DNA of 64,000 nucleotides from Mytilus edulis. Its lineage: Eukaryota. Made by a program: the position numbers and the translations under genes. Each line of letters opens with the position of its first letter. Position 1 is the first letter of the stretch. This document shows, one piece after another, positions 1-14,065 of this stretch. The DNA is taken from NCBI RefSeq assembly GCF_963676685.1, contig NC_092349.1:29140001-29204000 (forward strand), given 5' to 3'. The notes beneath the pieces were generated by a model. That model saw only the letters and a program-made list of their open reading frames with translations. It had not been told where the DNA came from and made no database searches.

Positions 1-1021
1 CAAATATTTTAATTTATTCAAACTGTTGATAAGATGAAATCTTGTAAAGACAAACTTATCATTACTTTTTATATTATCCTCGTGAAATCAAATAATGTAA
101 TCTCATTAAAATTACAAATTTCAAATCTCATAACGAAAATGATTTTCAGAAGTGACTTCAACAGATTTGTGTTACATTTTTTAAACCAATTAACTTTAAA
201 ATTTGAAGAGTACTTAGCAAAATCCATTTTTTTCAGTTTAAAATGAAAAATATTTGGCGTAAATATACACGGTCTGTCGTCAAGAACACAGTATTAATTT
301 TATTTAGGGGTTCACTCTATACACGCCAATTTTTATTAGTGTTCACTTCAATGTTAATCGAACAAATTTATTTAATAATTGATTTTTACATTTTTTTTAC
401 TTTACATCGAGCTCATGAGGGTCTTATATCTGATCTCATTGCTAAGTCCACAATTGTTATTCTACGTATTTCACCTGTATCGATGTGGACAATTCCATGT
501 TTAAATCACATGATATTTCCGCGGGAAATTCTTCTATTGAGACTGTACGAACTGATGTAAATTTTAATTAATGCATATGTATTGTGAAATAAATTGTTCT
601 CTGTTTATATATTTTTGATAAATTGATGATCACATTTTCTACAACATAGTTAGATGTCAGGTTTGTACACATTTAGTCCCCATTTAGTCTCTACTGTAGT
701 CTATTATTCAAACTGAAGCCAGTGAACTGGTAAAGGGATACATGTGCTGCATAAACTCATCACATTTCAACCAACAAAAAACTATTAAATATTTTATCAG
801 CTGACATATCTATTTTTATTTCATCTATAAATGTCAGTCATACCAACTGATGGTCCAAATAATTATGACATCTTGAAAGGCTATAATTATATTTATATTC
901 TTTGACGCCTTGCTTCGACAGGAAGAAATAGCCTTCCAAGACGTCATTATTATTTAGACTAACCAACTGAAAAAAACAGCGAAAACCGTGTATTCGTGAA
1001 TTCTATGTCTTTCACCTGCTA

Positions 1022-1160
1022 TGGACGATTATCTATAACATTGTATTTTAGGGGTTCTTTACATTTTGAGTCGTAGGATAAATGTATGTTGGACGATTCC
1101 ATATAGCATTGTATTTTTGGTGTTGTTTACATTTTGAGTTGTATTGATAAACGTATGTTT
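1022..1160. repeat. Diverged tandem duplication, 2 x ~68 bp
   Basis: TGGACGATT..ATA.CATTGTATTTT.G...TTTACATTTTGAGT.GTA..GATAAA.GTATGTT occurs twice in a row. Confidence 0.75.
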
Positions 1161-1274
1161 GTATGTGTTTCGTAATGAACACAGCTCAATGTTATGATAC
1201 TTTATATCCCAATTGACCGTTGGCATTTACGTGGGGATTCCGCAAATACCATACTGCCATATCGAATTCGATGC

Positions 1275-1346
1275 AGGACGTAACGGTCATACTACCATGA
1301 CGGCCATAGGATGAAACGGCCATACCCCGAAAAGATGAAACGGCCA
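1275..1346. repeat. Cluster of short direct repeats (AACGGCCATA-like, ~5 copies), probably a transposon subterminal region
   Basis: AACGGTCATA, GACGGCCATA, AACGGCCATA x2; a fifth copy AACAGCCATA just beyond, at ~1356. Confidence 0.55.
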
Positions 1347-1499
1347 TAGTACAAAAACAGCCATACTTTGTAAACTAATCTTTGAATGATATACGGAAAC
1401 AATTCAGAACGGTCATTTGTAAAGGCATTTGTGTGACCCTATCTAGTATATTCGGAGAAAAATGTATAGGTTTTGTTTCCTTTTTAAAACAAATATATA

Positions 1500-2122
1500 C
1501 ATGTAACGTAACGGTACCCAAATTGCACCTATTTAGCAAAAATAGCAGCGGAAATCTTACAAGATCTCCTAGAGACTTAACCATTTGTATTTTTATGATT
1601 TGATACTATACATGTCTTTCAAAATAAGTAAATAGATTAAGATATACACAAAACGTTCACAGTATTTATCAACAGATGAAGTGTTTACTGAAAAAGCAAA
1701 ATGTACTGAAACGTCGCCATGCGACGTCATCAAAACGCCATCTTTTTAAAATTAGAAAATACAATATGTTTCAAGTATTCTTTGCTCAAAAAAAGAAGAG
1801 TAAGCATGGACAAATATCCAATTGTTCAAAACATTTGAAAAAAAAAAAAAAAACTCTGTTATTCGACTTTTGACGATGTGAATTTAAGCATGGTTGCAAT
1901 TTGGGAACTCCTCAATACAGAATCATTGGTGGTTTGGAGGTTAGTTCAGACAAATTTTTCTATGATCCCATATGAGTTGAAAATTAAATTGGTGTACCTA
2001 TATAGTAAAGAAGGATACGGCTACAAAATAAGCATAACATGGAAACTTTTGTCTTAATTATAAAAAACGTAGTTGAAAAAACCGTCAAAATAGGTGCAAT
2101 TTGGGTACCGTCACGTTACATG
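1500..2122. mobile_element. MITE with ~35-bp terminal inverted repeats and TA flanks
   Basis: CATGTAACGTAACGGTACCCAAATTGCACCTATTT at 1500 matches the reverse complement ending at 2122 with 1 mismatch; TA on both sides. Confidence 0.85.
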
Positions 2123-3274
2123 TATAGTCATAGAAGTTTGAAATTCTAGTAATGACGGTGTAAAGATATAACAAACTCTACTATCACAGTAGAATCAAAA
2201 AATAAGGAGGTACACCCGAAGGTACACCCCCACCCCATCCTTATTTTTATCTAGAAAAGGACGGGGAGGGGGTAAGGTCGTTTTACGTTGACGAATTTCA
2301 TTTATATTCACATTGATAAATTACATGGGGGTATATGTCAATGAGGACCCAATGACAAAGAAAACAAAACGACATATATGACATATAGAGGGCAACAATC
2401 AGTCTTCAACAATGGACAAAATAAAGATGTAAAGCTAACTGTTTTGAGAGTATTATAATTTGGACTTCGTTAGATATTTTTCAACAAATTTATAGTTTTA
2501 TTTTGTTGTGAACATATTGACCTAGAACTGTCTTTACATCTCTCTCAGACAATCGAAGTTTCAGTTGGTATAACATGTATAAATCTTTTCAGTCCCAATT
2601 TGCAGTGTTGTTCATTTGTTTTCGACATTTCCATATATAATGCATGTCAGGCCAAATATCTCGGCGTTTGGATCTTTGCATATGACCATAAACCTGTCGT
2701 CAATTCGAGAAGCTAAAAATTGGACGTCTATTAGAGAGCCCAAAAAAATGATGTCGATTGACCCTGAACAAAAATGTATAGATGTACCGATTCAATTCAA
2801 TAGTCTGTTTTCAGGTGCCTGAGATACACTTCAATATGTATTATTCATTGAAAATACAATGAATATATGTGGAATCATCTTTTAGAAAAGTTGCTCTTAT
2901 GGTAATGATCCCCCACCCTTTATTAAAGTTAAAAAGACTTATTTTAAAGCAGCAAGATTTTGATTCCGTTTACATGTATTTGTGTCTTATATGAAGGAGG
3001 ATTAAGGTCATGTTTTCCTAAACATAGCATTGCTATTTGTCTGTCATGACTGGACATCACCCAGGTTCCTGTAAAATTTTGACTTCACAATACAAAATAA
3101 CTGATGCCACAATGGAAACAGGATTGTTGTATGAAATGGGACAGATTATCTGGTCAGCTGACAATAGCAAGTGATATAAGGTGACTTGAATCTAAGGGTC
3201 ATTTGCTTAAATCCGTTCCAATAATGCATTGGACAAACACAAAATGTAAGTTTTTTCTGTTGGTCAAGTGACAA

Positions 3275-4057
3275 TTTTTATACAACAATTTTTTTTTTAT
3301 TGGCATTATGTTGTCGTCGTCTCTTCGTCCGAAGACACATTTAGTTTCCAGACAATAACTTTAGTTTTAGTGAATGGATTTTTAAAAATTTAAAACAGGA
3401 GGTTCAATAACACAAAAGGAAGGTTGGTATTGATATTGGGGGGTGGGTCCCAATAGTTTAGACATTACGGGCCAAAAAAGGGTCCGAATAAGCATTTTTC
3501 TTGGTTTTTGCACAATAAATTTAGTATAAGTGAATAGAAATCAATGAAATTTAAACACAAGGTTAATGATCACAATATGAAGGTTAGGATTGATTTTTGG
3601 AGTTTTGGTCTGAACAGTTAAGGAAGTAAGGACCCTAAAACTAAAAGGGCCCAAATAAGCATTTTTCTTGGTTTTCGCACAATAACTTTACTGCAAATAA
3701 ATAGAAATCAATGACATTTAAACACAAGGTTAATAGCCTAAAAAGGAAGGTTGGAATTGATTTTGGGAGTTTTGGTCCCAACAGTTTAGGAAATAGAGGC
3801 CAAAAGGGTTCAAAATTAAACTTTGTTTGATTTCATTAAAAATTTAATTATTGGTGTTCCTTGAAATGCTGAATCTAATCGTGTATTTATAATCTTGATA
3901 TGTATTTATTTTTAAATTGGTCTACGTCATTATTGTCTAAAGGGTTCAAAACTGAACTTTATTAGATTTCTTCAAAAATTGAATTCTTGGGGTTCCCCAA
4001 CTGATCCGGGTTCGACCTCTGCTGTGTATAAAGCTGCACCCTGCAGAGCATCTGGTT
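3275..4057 (+). mobile_element. Non-autonomous Helentron/DINE-1-like element with internal ~160-bp tandem subunits
   Basis: Starts TTTTTATAC, has a (GTC)n microsatellite, ~3 diverged subunits (CACAATAACTTTAG...AAACACAAGG...GAAGGTTGG.ATTGATTTTGGGAG), and a GC-rich short stem near the 3' end. Confidence 0.6.
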
Positions 4058-5344
4058 GTAATATGTACAACAATCAAACATCAACCCACACCAAACTGAT
4101 TGTAATTGAAAGACATCTAGAGGTCAATATACAGTCTGGAACAGAAGACAAAAAAAAAAGAAAAATATAGCGAATTTAGGAAAATTTATATTATTACATG
4201 TACACGCATTTGAAATATTTAAGATACATTGTTTCATATTTTTAAGTTTAAGGTTCCACCTAGCTACCATTTTAGAAAACTGTGGGATTTCAATGCTAGT
4301 CTATTAGAGGGATATTTGATTTTCATCACTGGATTTAGCTCTTTGTCTAAGTCTACTATTAAAGTACTTTCTTTGAGCTCAGTTCATTGTTATGCAATTA
4401 ATTCTTTGTGAAATAAAGATTTGACAGACAACTTTCATGTACAAGGATTTGTCAAAGAAGTATCACCTCTATGTACAATGTAAGTAATAGGGAGATAAAA
4501 GCATTCTGTTTCGAAACAAACATTATATGTCCATTGACCAAATTTTAAAGAAAGATCAAATTTACCCGACAACGCTTCTCCCGCTACTAGCAATATGATG
4601 CTAGATTGTTATAATACATCTGTACTGCCTACTGATGACCCGGTCCTGAGTGTAAATGGTCCTTTAATTATGTTTTAAAACAAATTATCAGGCCTATCTC
4701 GCCTAATCGATTTCTAAAACTATATTTCATTGTACATGTTCAACATTTTTCATTCATTTGTTTATTTCTTAATTTGTGTGAATTAACATTGTTACTGTAA
4801 CAGTAAATGTTAAATACTACACTTTCATACCACAACAAATACTGTATTGGTACATTTATCACTTATATTTGTATCCATATAATAAAAAAATGAAAAGAGA
4901 ATTGTTTTGCATAACCTTTTGAATACTATTACTTTCTAGATATATAGACATATTAAGACTAATTAAGTAGCTGTTGATAATATCCACTTGACAAATTCTA
5001 TCAGATTACTTTTGGAGCAGTTATACGTTGTAAGTCATTGAAACATCCTCACAAGGGTTCTTTTGGTGAACTCATTGTCATGTTGGTCAAAATTTTTCTT
5101 TGCTTCAACCAGATTTGGAGGAGATATTATCAAAGAATTGATAAAAATCAGCACAAAGGTTTACTTCCTAGATTATCTAGCCCCAAGCATCATGTCAGGC
5201 ATTGTCACTACTAAAAATTAAACCAATAAATGTATTCTAATCTGAGGAACAATTTAACAAAAAAAATTACTAATGATACTGATGATCCACCACAAAATAA
5301 TATAATAGAACCTTACAAATAGTAAGCAAATATATAAAAACAAA

Positions 5345-5600
5345 AAATGTGGTATGAGTGCCAATGAGACAATTCTGCACAAAGAGACCAAAATGACACA
5401 GAAATTAACAACTACAGGTCACCATATGGCACCCAACAATGAGCAAAGCCAACACCCTATTATCAGCTATAAAAGGCCCCGAAATGACAATGTAAAACAA
5501 TTCAAACGCGAAAAACTAACGGCCTTATTTATGTACAAAAAATAAACGAAAAGCAAATATGTAACACACAAACAAACGACAACTACTGAATTACAGGCTA
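5345..5600 (+). repeat. Dispersed interspersed repeat (further copies at ~25635-25780, ~40337-40600, ~59240-59640)
   Basis: Shared ATGTGGTATGA.TGCCAATGAGACAA / TACGGCCTTCAAC / GCTATAAAAGGCCCC / AAACGACAAC.ACTG blocks. Confidence 0.75.
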
Positions 5601-7649
5601 CTTATATCATGTTATCAAATCTTTATATCATCTCCCATTTAGAAAAAAAAAACCAAATGAAAAAATGAGCCTATTATATAAAAATGTATGTGTTGCTCTA
5701 CTTGCTACAAAATGTATCCAAAATCAAAGATGTGGAACATATTCTATCATAATCATTTGGTAACTAACTAACCAACTAACTTGAACATAAAAAATAAATA
5801 TTAAATAAACAATACTCCTAATGCTCAGGTTAGTTGTCATCGTGCAACACAGTTAATAACACCATATAGGAAAACATAGAACTCCCATTTGTCATAAGAC
5901 ACTGTCAAACATCCAAACATACTATACACACTCATCTGTGTCCACACTTGTATATTATTCAAAATGTTCTTCTTTATGCTATGACAAAAGTATGAGAATA
6001 TACAAAGTCGGAAAATTCCATCAAGTAAAATAGACGGATTTTACAGTACTTACACATCACTATAGAAATATTGAAAAACCATCAAAGTCCAAAAACTTTG
6101 TGATGCTACAATTTCAAAGTGTTTTTTTTAAAGAAGAGCGTATTGGTACAAGCAGTTACAGCATAAAATAATTTTCACCAACTTTACAAACATGAATGTG
6201 ATTTAGCTACTTGGATTATACCTTTCTGTTTAATTAGAATGATTGTTTTATAAAGCATCCACGTAACTCGATATGCGTGGTTGTCGCCACTAGACATATG
6301 TGCACTTACTTTCTTTAAAGTTTATTTCATTTATTTTGGTCAAAGTATACTTCAAAATACATGTTCTATGATTTTTTTAGGGTCAATGACACCCCTCCAC
6401 ACCCCACACCCCCCCCCCCCCACACCCCATCCCCAAGAAAAAGAAGAAAAAAAGAAGAAAATAATTGTATATTTAATTTGATTAATTGTTTTAAAACGTA
6501 ATATCAATTCAGGTCAGTCAAACCAAATTCAACAAAGAGCAGTCTAATTCGTCGGGTTTATTTTCTTTTAGTGGGTAAGATCTTTTTATCTTATTCAATA
6601 AATGATAGTAATAAATTTGCTTTCAATATACATGTTTAACTTCCTAAATAACACTTAATTTTTTTTGAAAAACGAATTGTCACAATTTCGATTTTGACGT
6701 CTGCCCAACTTAGTTTGGTTTTGCAATACGCATTAGATACTTGTCACTGAACGTTGAACAAACAGTAACTATCCACCAATTCATCTGCAATTACGATACC
6801 TCTGTTGCATATATACCCGTCATTTTGTCACATGATTGGTACTATTCCTTGAAAAAATGTCATGTTGGAAGCCGATTTTGTCCTACATTTAAATAGTTCT
6901 TGTCAAGTAAAGCAATCCTTGAACAGGTTTAAATTTTAAACTGAATCCTATAAACTCAAGTTGGTGTATTGGTTCTTTGATGAAACACAATTTTGATAAT
7001 TTGAGCGTGTATCGTCTATAGTTATGATTTCTATTTTGTATAAACATACATTACAACAAAAGTCTATATAGGTATATAGTAAGTTATTGTTTAATTTTAT
7101 ACATGTTTACTAGTGGTGACATCAAATAATATGTTTTGCAGGTTGTACTTAGCCATATGAAATTTAAATATCATATTTATGTGCAAACTAAAGATCTAAC
7201 ATTTAAATGATTGATGAAAAAACTATTATGAATACGGAACGGGGGTATTGCACGAAGTCATACAGACTAGCCGAATGATAAATCCTGTCCTATGTACTTG
7301 CATTATCTCACTTGATCCAAAATTAAGCTTGTCAGATGGAAAAACAACGCTTTAGGTTAAAGGGAAAGTCCGCGATTGTTTACTTATCATCTAAATATGT
7401 TCATCTTAACATAACAAAAAACACATTCACAAAGTCTTAATTTTATATTCCTTCTTAAAACAGAGAACATCAAGTATTTGTAACTTGTTTGGTTAACCTA
7501 CGTGAGTGGGTTGTGACGTTTAAACCCGATTTGTTGAAATCTGTGAAAAAATTAAATCTGTTAAAGAATTATTGCTTTTCGACAATTTACTTAATTAAAA
7601 GCGCACAGATGATGGTTGGTCGTAGTAATTAAACACACTATAAAAATGA

Positions 7650-7900
7650 AATTGATTGATTGTGTGTTGCTTAACGTCCAGTGGCAAATATTGCATGCAT
7701 GTTCAGTTACATTGGTTCCTATAGTGCAAAGAGCGTGGCACTCTCTTTACACGAGGCATCGAATTTAACGTCCCTATTCTGACCGGACGTGACTGCGAAA
7801 TTGATACATACTGCACAGCCAAACGGACGCCCCACTTCGGCATTCGGCAAGCGTTTAACTGCCAGTCGGGAGAAGACCAAGTGACCATATGGCGTTTTTC
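7650..7900 (-). mobile_element. Probable SINE fragment
   Basis: GC-richer island next to an (ATTG)n tail; TTAACGTCCAGTGGCAAATA recurs in diverged form at ~49990. Confidence 0.45.
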
Positions 7901-9529
7901 AGTCACCCTTTGGGGATATAAGAATGAAAGAAAATGAATATGATTGTATGGTTTTGTATTGATTGAATAAAACTTCCTATATAAAATGATCTAGTTTTTC
8001 GATTTATTATCATAAATTATTGTTTAGATTTTTGTTATAACATATCTATTGAACATTTATGCTGATATTGAACTGAAAATAATTCCGTTTTATTTACCGT
8101 TATTGTTTCGATAACAATTTCAATGCAAACTTTGTGTGAGTAGATCGTGTTTATTGTCATTGTTTATTTCTCGGTTTGATGTCATTCGAAATACCTTGGA
8201 GCAATTTAGCCACAGGTGTGAATGCAAGCGTACACAGGTATAAATGTTGTTATTTGAAAAGGATAACCAGAAAGAGTATGGCGTATTTAATACAATTAAA
8301 TTTAATAAATCTTTTTTGCAAAATTACACACATAAGGGTCAAGCAATACAAAAAAACAATGTAATTCAGTGGTTGTCGTTTGGTAGGGGGGAACTGGCTC
8401 AGATCACCCCTGTTAAAAAAAAAGGAGCTGGGATGTAATGAGCACAATTACGACCTTCTTATAATCTTTCCGGTTTTGTTTTTTTCGCAAGTCTATTTAA
8501 AAGACCATACCTTACTTACATGCCACGAGTTTTCATATTAGTAAGCATTATTGAAAACGAATAATTTGATATAAAGAGCTATTTCATTTTTAACAGATTG
8601 ACACTTTGTGCTTTTTAAATCGTGCATCAATATTCATAAATTGATATTTAGTTATATGTATTGTTCATTCGTTTATTTTAATTGTGAAGCATGCCGTTAA
8701 TATATATTCAGATTAAGAACTTTATTAAAGTCTTACCCCATTGTATAACATCATACATTCCAATATGCATATAAAACATTACGTATATTTAATGTCAATA
8801 TTGGAAAACATATATAAAACATATTGTATATAAAACTAACCACCAGTTAAATATCGATAACGCTCGGAACGGATTAATGATAGATACACGCGGATGCTGT
8901 TCTGCTTGAATGATTTACCTTACACAATGGTGGACACTTTAAAGTTTAAAAGGACTTAACATCAGTTTGATTCCATTTAACCGGGGCGCAGCTAAATAAT
9001 TTGACGCAGTTTAAACACGTCTCAAATTATCTTGCTTTTCCGCTAGGGAATCTACTTGACTGGTATTAAAATGTTTTCATATTGATTGAAATGCATTAAA
9101 AATAATCTTTAATTTTTCTCAATCTCTATTCAATTTTCATTAATGTTTTTTTAAATGCCGGTAAGGCGTTTTTGTCCGTTCAAGCTTAATTCGAGTTACT
9201 AGTGCTATATATTGTCTGTTGTTGCAGACTGAAGAATGCTCTCTAGATGTCGTTTGATTTTTTTTTTGTCGTTGGGTTGTTTTCTCATTGATTAACACTT
9301 ATATGCATAATGCATGTATTTTTTTAATATATAAATATGAATGACACATTACAATGTAGATCGATTGGATTAATATTTTATGGAGATACACATTAATATT
9401 CATGTTATACTATTTCGGGTTGAAACAAATCTTTGAGGGAAGTATGTATAACATTTAGTTGTCATATGAACCCTACAAAACATGAACATGTATAAGTGTA
9501 CATGTAAGTCCAGTAATGAATCATTTATT

Positions 9530-9712
9530 GATATTTGACATCGATTTGAGAAGACTACACAATCAATCGGACGTCGTTTTGACAATACAAGACATCAAAT
9601 TGGACGTTGATTAGAGTATCAAAATATTGGACGTCGATTTGAGAATGTGACATCAGATTTGAACGTCGATTTGAGGAACGGAAGACGATTAGAAACTGGA
9701 CGCCGATCTGAG
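9530..9712. repeat. Degenerate ~30-bp minisatellite (TTGGACGTCGATTTGAGA core)
   Basis: About 6 diverged copies of the core; a related motif appears at ~2720-2760. Confidence 0.6.
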
Positions 9713-10698
9713 TCTAACATAAACAGATGAATTCGTGATGTAATTATCATAGACAATTCGGAATGAGACATCCATATATATATATAATGATGAACTATTG
9801 ATGTCATTGTTCATTACTTATGAGATTTAATTCAAATTTTATTTGTCAATTGGAATAGAAATGGAGCGGGTTAAGTGTGTGTGTGTGTTTTTTTATATTT
9901 CATTCAAGGATTTGTATGTGTTCGTGGGGGGGGGGATTGGTTAGGAGAAAAGGTCTCCTTTAGTAGAATATGTTTTATCACATAGCATTTTTCTGATTCC
10001 TCACTGCTGTCTAGTAGGTTTCTTATTACTTTTTTTTAAAAATCCGGAGTTCACCAAACAAATATTGTTAACAGTAAAAGCAAAACAATGCAAAAGTAGC
10101 ATAAAATGAAGTTGAAAAGATTATGAGTTTCCTGCACTATGTTCCAAAGACCGTTTTATAAAGGATTAGCTACAATTCATTTTAACATTGCAGAGTAGAT
10201 GTACGTTTTCAGAACAGAACTTTTGCATTAAATTGAGAAAAAAAAGTTTATTTTGATATACGAAGTATTACACCCCAGTTCTATTTTTTTGTTTCATAGT
10301 TTCTATTTCTGAAACAAGACTAACAATGGATTTTGACCACAAGGTCTTAAAACCCCTGCTTCTATATACATAAACACAGTTCATTTTTTCAAAAATAGAA
10401 ATTTGTGTTTAACATGAATATGAGAGTTAACTCATAATATTCACTACAAACTGTTTCATAAGATACTAAAAAAAAAAAAAAACAATTTGCAGACAATTCC
10501 AATTAGCCAAAAAAATATTCAAATACTCCTTTGCTTGAAGCTTTAATTTCAATCCACTATTTCAATGCTGTAAAGAACATACAAGTAGATAACGTTTATC
10601 TAAATTATGTATTCAAAACATTTAGATTTTATTCGGACTAAGTCTTAATGATAAAATAAATATAAAGTTTAGGTTGTTGAAGACTAATGAAGGCACCA

Positions 10699-10842
10699 CG
10701 TGGCGGATCCAGTCAGTTTAAAAAGGGGTAGCCTTTTAACCCAAGATAAAAAGGGAGTTCCAGTCATATGTTCCCATTCAAAAACATTGATTGTTAAAAA
10801 GGGGGGTTCCAGCTCTAGGATCCCCATCCCCTTGGATTGCCC
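10699..10842. mobile_element. Short MITE remnant
   Basis: GGCGGATCCAG at the left end and CTTGGATTGCC at the right end (degenerate inverted ends), with G/C runs inside. Confidence 0.45.
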
Positions 10843-11934
10843 AACAAGGTGAGTTCCTACATATGCAACATATCTTTTTGTATGCTAAGCGTGTCCGGTC
10901 GTCGTATTTTCAATCCAAACATATATATGCCTCAGTATGTTCGACTATGAATATTTGTTAACTGTTGAGAAGAAATTGGGAGGCTTTTTTTTAAGCCGTT
11001 ACATGTAAAATACATGTATAAGTACCTTAATTAAACTGATACATGTTAGTACCTTGGATAATAAATATTGCATTATCGTTAGGTCTTTCTGTCAAATCCA
11101 ACAAATGAATCAAAATGTCGTCCGTCTTATACCCGTCCATATTGACAACTGTATACCATGAACATGATGTATTGTTATGTAATAAGAATGCACAATACAG
11201 CCAACCTTGACCTGCTGCTCCATATAAGCACTTGGATTAAACGGGAATATGCAAAATGTCAACTTTGACTCCTCTTGTAACATCGACTCAATTGTCAAAG
11301 TTTGTATAAAGATGTCATAGTAAGGTAAATAGTAGGGTTCCATTTAAGAACAATAAAAATTATTATTAATCAGGATCTGATACTGTTAATAAATATGATA
11401 TCCATTCTTTCTCATTTAATATTCAAAATAAACAAATAAATGGTTTAACATCGGGTGTTAGACAGTTATAAACGTTGGGGATACGTCCGTTAGGGTTTCT
11501 TAACCAGACACATCTATCCCTTAGTGTGTAGCTATATAATATGTTTTGATGATTTATTGTAAATATATGCCATTATTCTTCACTTAAGGACAGTAATATA
11601 CTAGAAAGAGTCTAGAATGCCTTTTTTCTTATTCAAATTTTCATTAAAATACCCAGACAGTTTCACAGTTGCTCTCGAAAAAAAAACCCGGACAATATCA
11701 AAAACTGCGCTGTTCATAGGATCGTATGAAAGTGAACAAAAACAATTCATACAAATGATAAGAGTAAAATTCAATTCATTTGAAAACATTTCGAGACGGC
11801 AATGAATTTCATAATTTTCCGTAATTTCGTTGAAACTGTAAATGTGGTTTAAGTTAATTACTTCTGTACATAATATTGTGAATGGTGATGTGTATTCAAA
11901 TCTTATTCACATGATAAAAAACTTTGCATAATTT

Positions 11935-12027
11935 CTAGAAGTGCAATTTTTTTGTGTTTATTTTACCATCTTCCACCAACAAAAGTATGGTCCCCTTGGT
12001 ATGGCCATTATTGTACGTGGCGTCAAC
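11935..12027 (-). CDS. Candidate terminal exon or ankyrin pseudo-exon (VDATYNNGHTKGTILLLVEDGKINTKKLHF*)
   Basis: Phase-0 after a T-rich tract and a weak GAG acceptor; resembles the ankyrin C-half (A..NGH....LLL..G.IN); ends in TAG. Confidence 0.3.
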   Translation of the reverse strand, partial: VDATYNNGHTKGTILLLVEDGKINTKKLHF

Positions 12028-12441
12028 CTCAACAAACAAATAAACAACACTATAATGGTAATTCGTACTCACAGCATACAATTTAGTATCATTGCGGGCA
12101 GATATGAAGAAAGAGGTTACAATAAAGGCAATCGAAATAAGACCAGATATAGTTAAAGCAGTCAAATGTATTTAACAGAAACATACAAGCTGCTTACATC
12201 TTCGTCATTTGTGACGTAGTTGAAAGTTTTTTCATGTGCAATAATATCACATTTACTTTTTGTCAATATGTATCAGGATATGTGTAATTTAAACATTATT
12301 TTTCTTTCCTTTTATTGGATGTCTCCAACGATTTAGCAATTATACAACTCGACCAATATATTCATACCGTATTATATTGTTGGGATCTGTACATTTCATT
12401 TGACAAAGTTTGGCAATCCTGTAAAGCGCGTCATGACGTAC

Positions 12442-12543
12442 CTTGTCAGTTTTATTTGGATCAATATCTGCTCTTTCTAATAAAAATTGAACTATGTTGA
12501 TGAATCTACCTTCGACAGCTCTGTGCAAGGGAGTAGAACCATA
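12442..12543 (-). CDS. Ankyrin-repeat exon (YGSTPLHRAVEGRFINIVQFLLERADIDPNKTDK)
   Basis: 102 bp, ttttag|...AAG|gtacgt, phase 0-0, TPLH ankyrin motif. Confidence 0.88.
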
Positions 12544-14065
12544 CTAAAATAAAAAGCTTTCAATGATCGTATTATCATACAGACGTATAGAAACACTTTG
12601 TCATACGAATGATTATAGTACAAACAAATAACAATGGCCACAAATTCGAGATTAAAGAACTGCAAAATTATTTTTTATCAATCACATTTTTTATGAAATT
12701 GTACTTATGGATTAAATGTATAACGTGTGTAAGAAAACCAAATTCCTTTTTAATTGACATTGATTGCAAGTTATCTAGAAAGTCGATATTCCGTCTGTTT
12801 ACTCTAGCTTCCACCACAAAACAAGACGCCATGATATAACCATCGTCATAGAACGAAGCTGCATACTCCAACAAACAAATACACGAACAATATCATGGTA
12901 AGTATCATCACACTCATATTATAACAGTTGGTGTAATTACGGTCATATTTCTACAAAAATGTATGGCAAGGCAATCTTGATACGATCATATATCATCATC
13001 TGTCAACACAATACCACAAAAACAAACAATCTGCTAACATCTACGACATTTGTAACGTTGTAGAAAGTTGTCAAAAGTTGTCTCAGTGGCAATTATATCA
13101 CATCTTATATACATAAAGGATGTGTTTACATTAACATATTTCTGCTTTTTAACTTTTCTACAAACCTTCAGAACAGTAAGAAGAAGGAAAAGTGACACTT
13201 TTAAAATGTTCATGCTTCTCAACCATATTTCGTTATTTTTTTCATCAAGAACGCTCAAAAACGCATATTTGAAAGCTGATTATGAAACTTCTGTATCCTT
13301 GTAACAATTGGACTATTATCAGTTTTCTTTTTTATATTTTCAACAGATGTTGTCATTTGTAACACACAGTTACAGTTATAAAATTACTAGAAATGTTAAC
13401 ATGTTGAAAGCACATACGGAACATACGTTAGAATATACGAACCTAATTGATATACTGTAGTTATATTGACTTTTACATACAATAGATAAGATTAATTAAA
13501 TACTTCTTCAATATCAACAACTCATAATAGAAACAATATATCCACCAACCTATACCATTACCAGACATAACAAACAAATACAGACCTATGCCCGAATGAA
13601 ATGTTCCATGGAGTATTGTAAATAGACAGCCTAAACTATGTTACCGATATCTAAGATTTTAAGTGTCCATGAACTCATGCTTGATGATTTTTAGATCAGA
13701 GAATGTACACACACAAATATCGAACTCAGCGGTAAAATCATTAAGGTGAAGTCTGTAATAACTGATAAAAAGAAAGGCTCGAATGCATAAACCAATGGAA
13801 AGATCTAACATCAACTGGCATATTCCAGACTTGGTATTGACATTTTTAAAATTTAATGTTGGTGTTAATGTGGTTTTATTTCTCGATTAGCCTCCCACTC
13901 ACTTATATGATAATTACATATATTTGCATTATATTGACAATGATGCGTGATCATTTCAAACAAAACAATTTTAGTTGTAGAAAGGTCTAAATACAGCACA
14001 AACAACATTTTTCCAAAAGACCAAAAAAGTGAAAAAGTATATTTAAACAAAACGCATTTGACTAA

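Noticed and set aside
4435-4472. Minus-strand GDTSL resembling an ankyrin start (possible last exon)
   Set aside because: The nearest AG gives an immediate phase-0 stop, and there is no further ankyrin similarity
4981-5214. 77-codon open plus-strand frame (YPLDKFYQ...)
   Set aside because: No recognisable motif and no convincing splice sites
34-11000. Short ORFs of 60-110 aa in the ORF track
   Set aside because: Composition is typical of random AT-rich DNA or repeats; no domains recognised
11110-11343. 77-aa ORF as the terminal exon
   Set aside because: No recognisable domain and no supported acceptor
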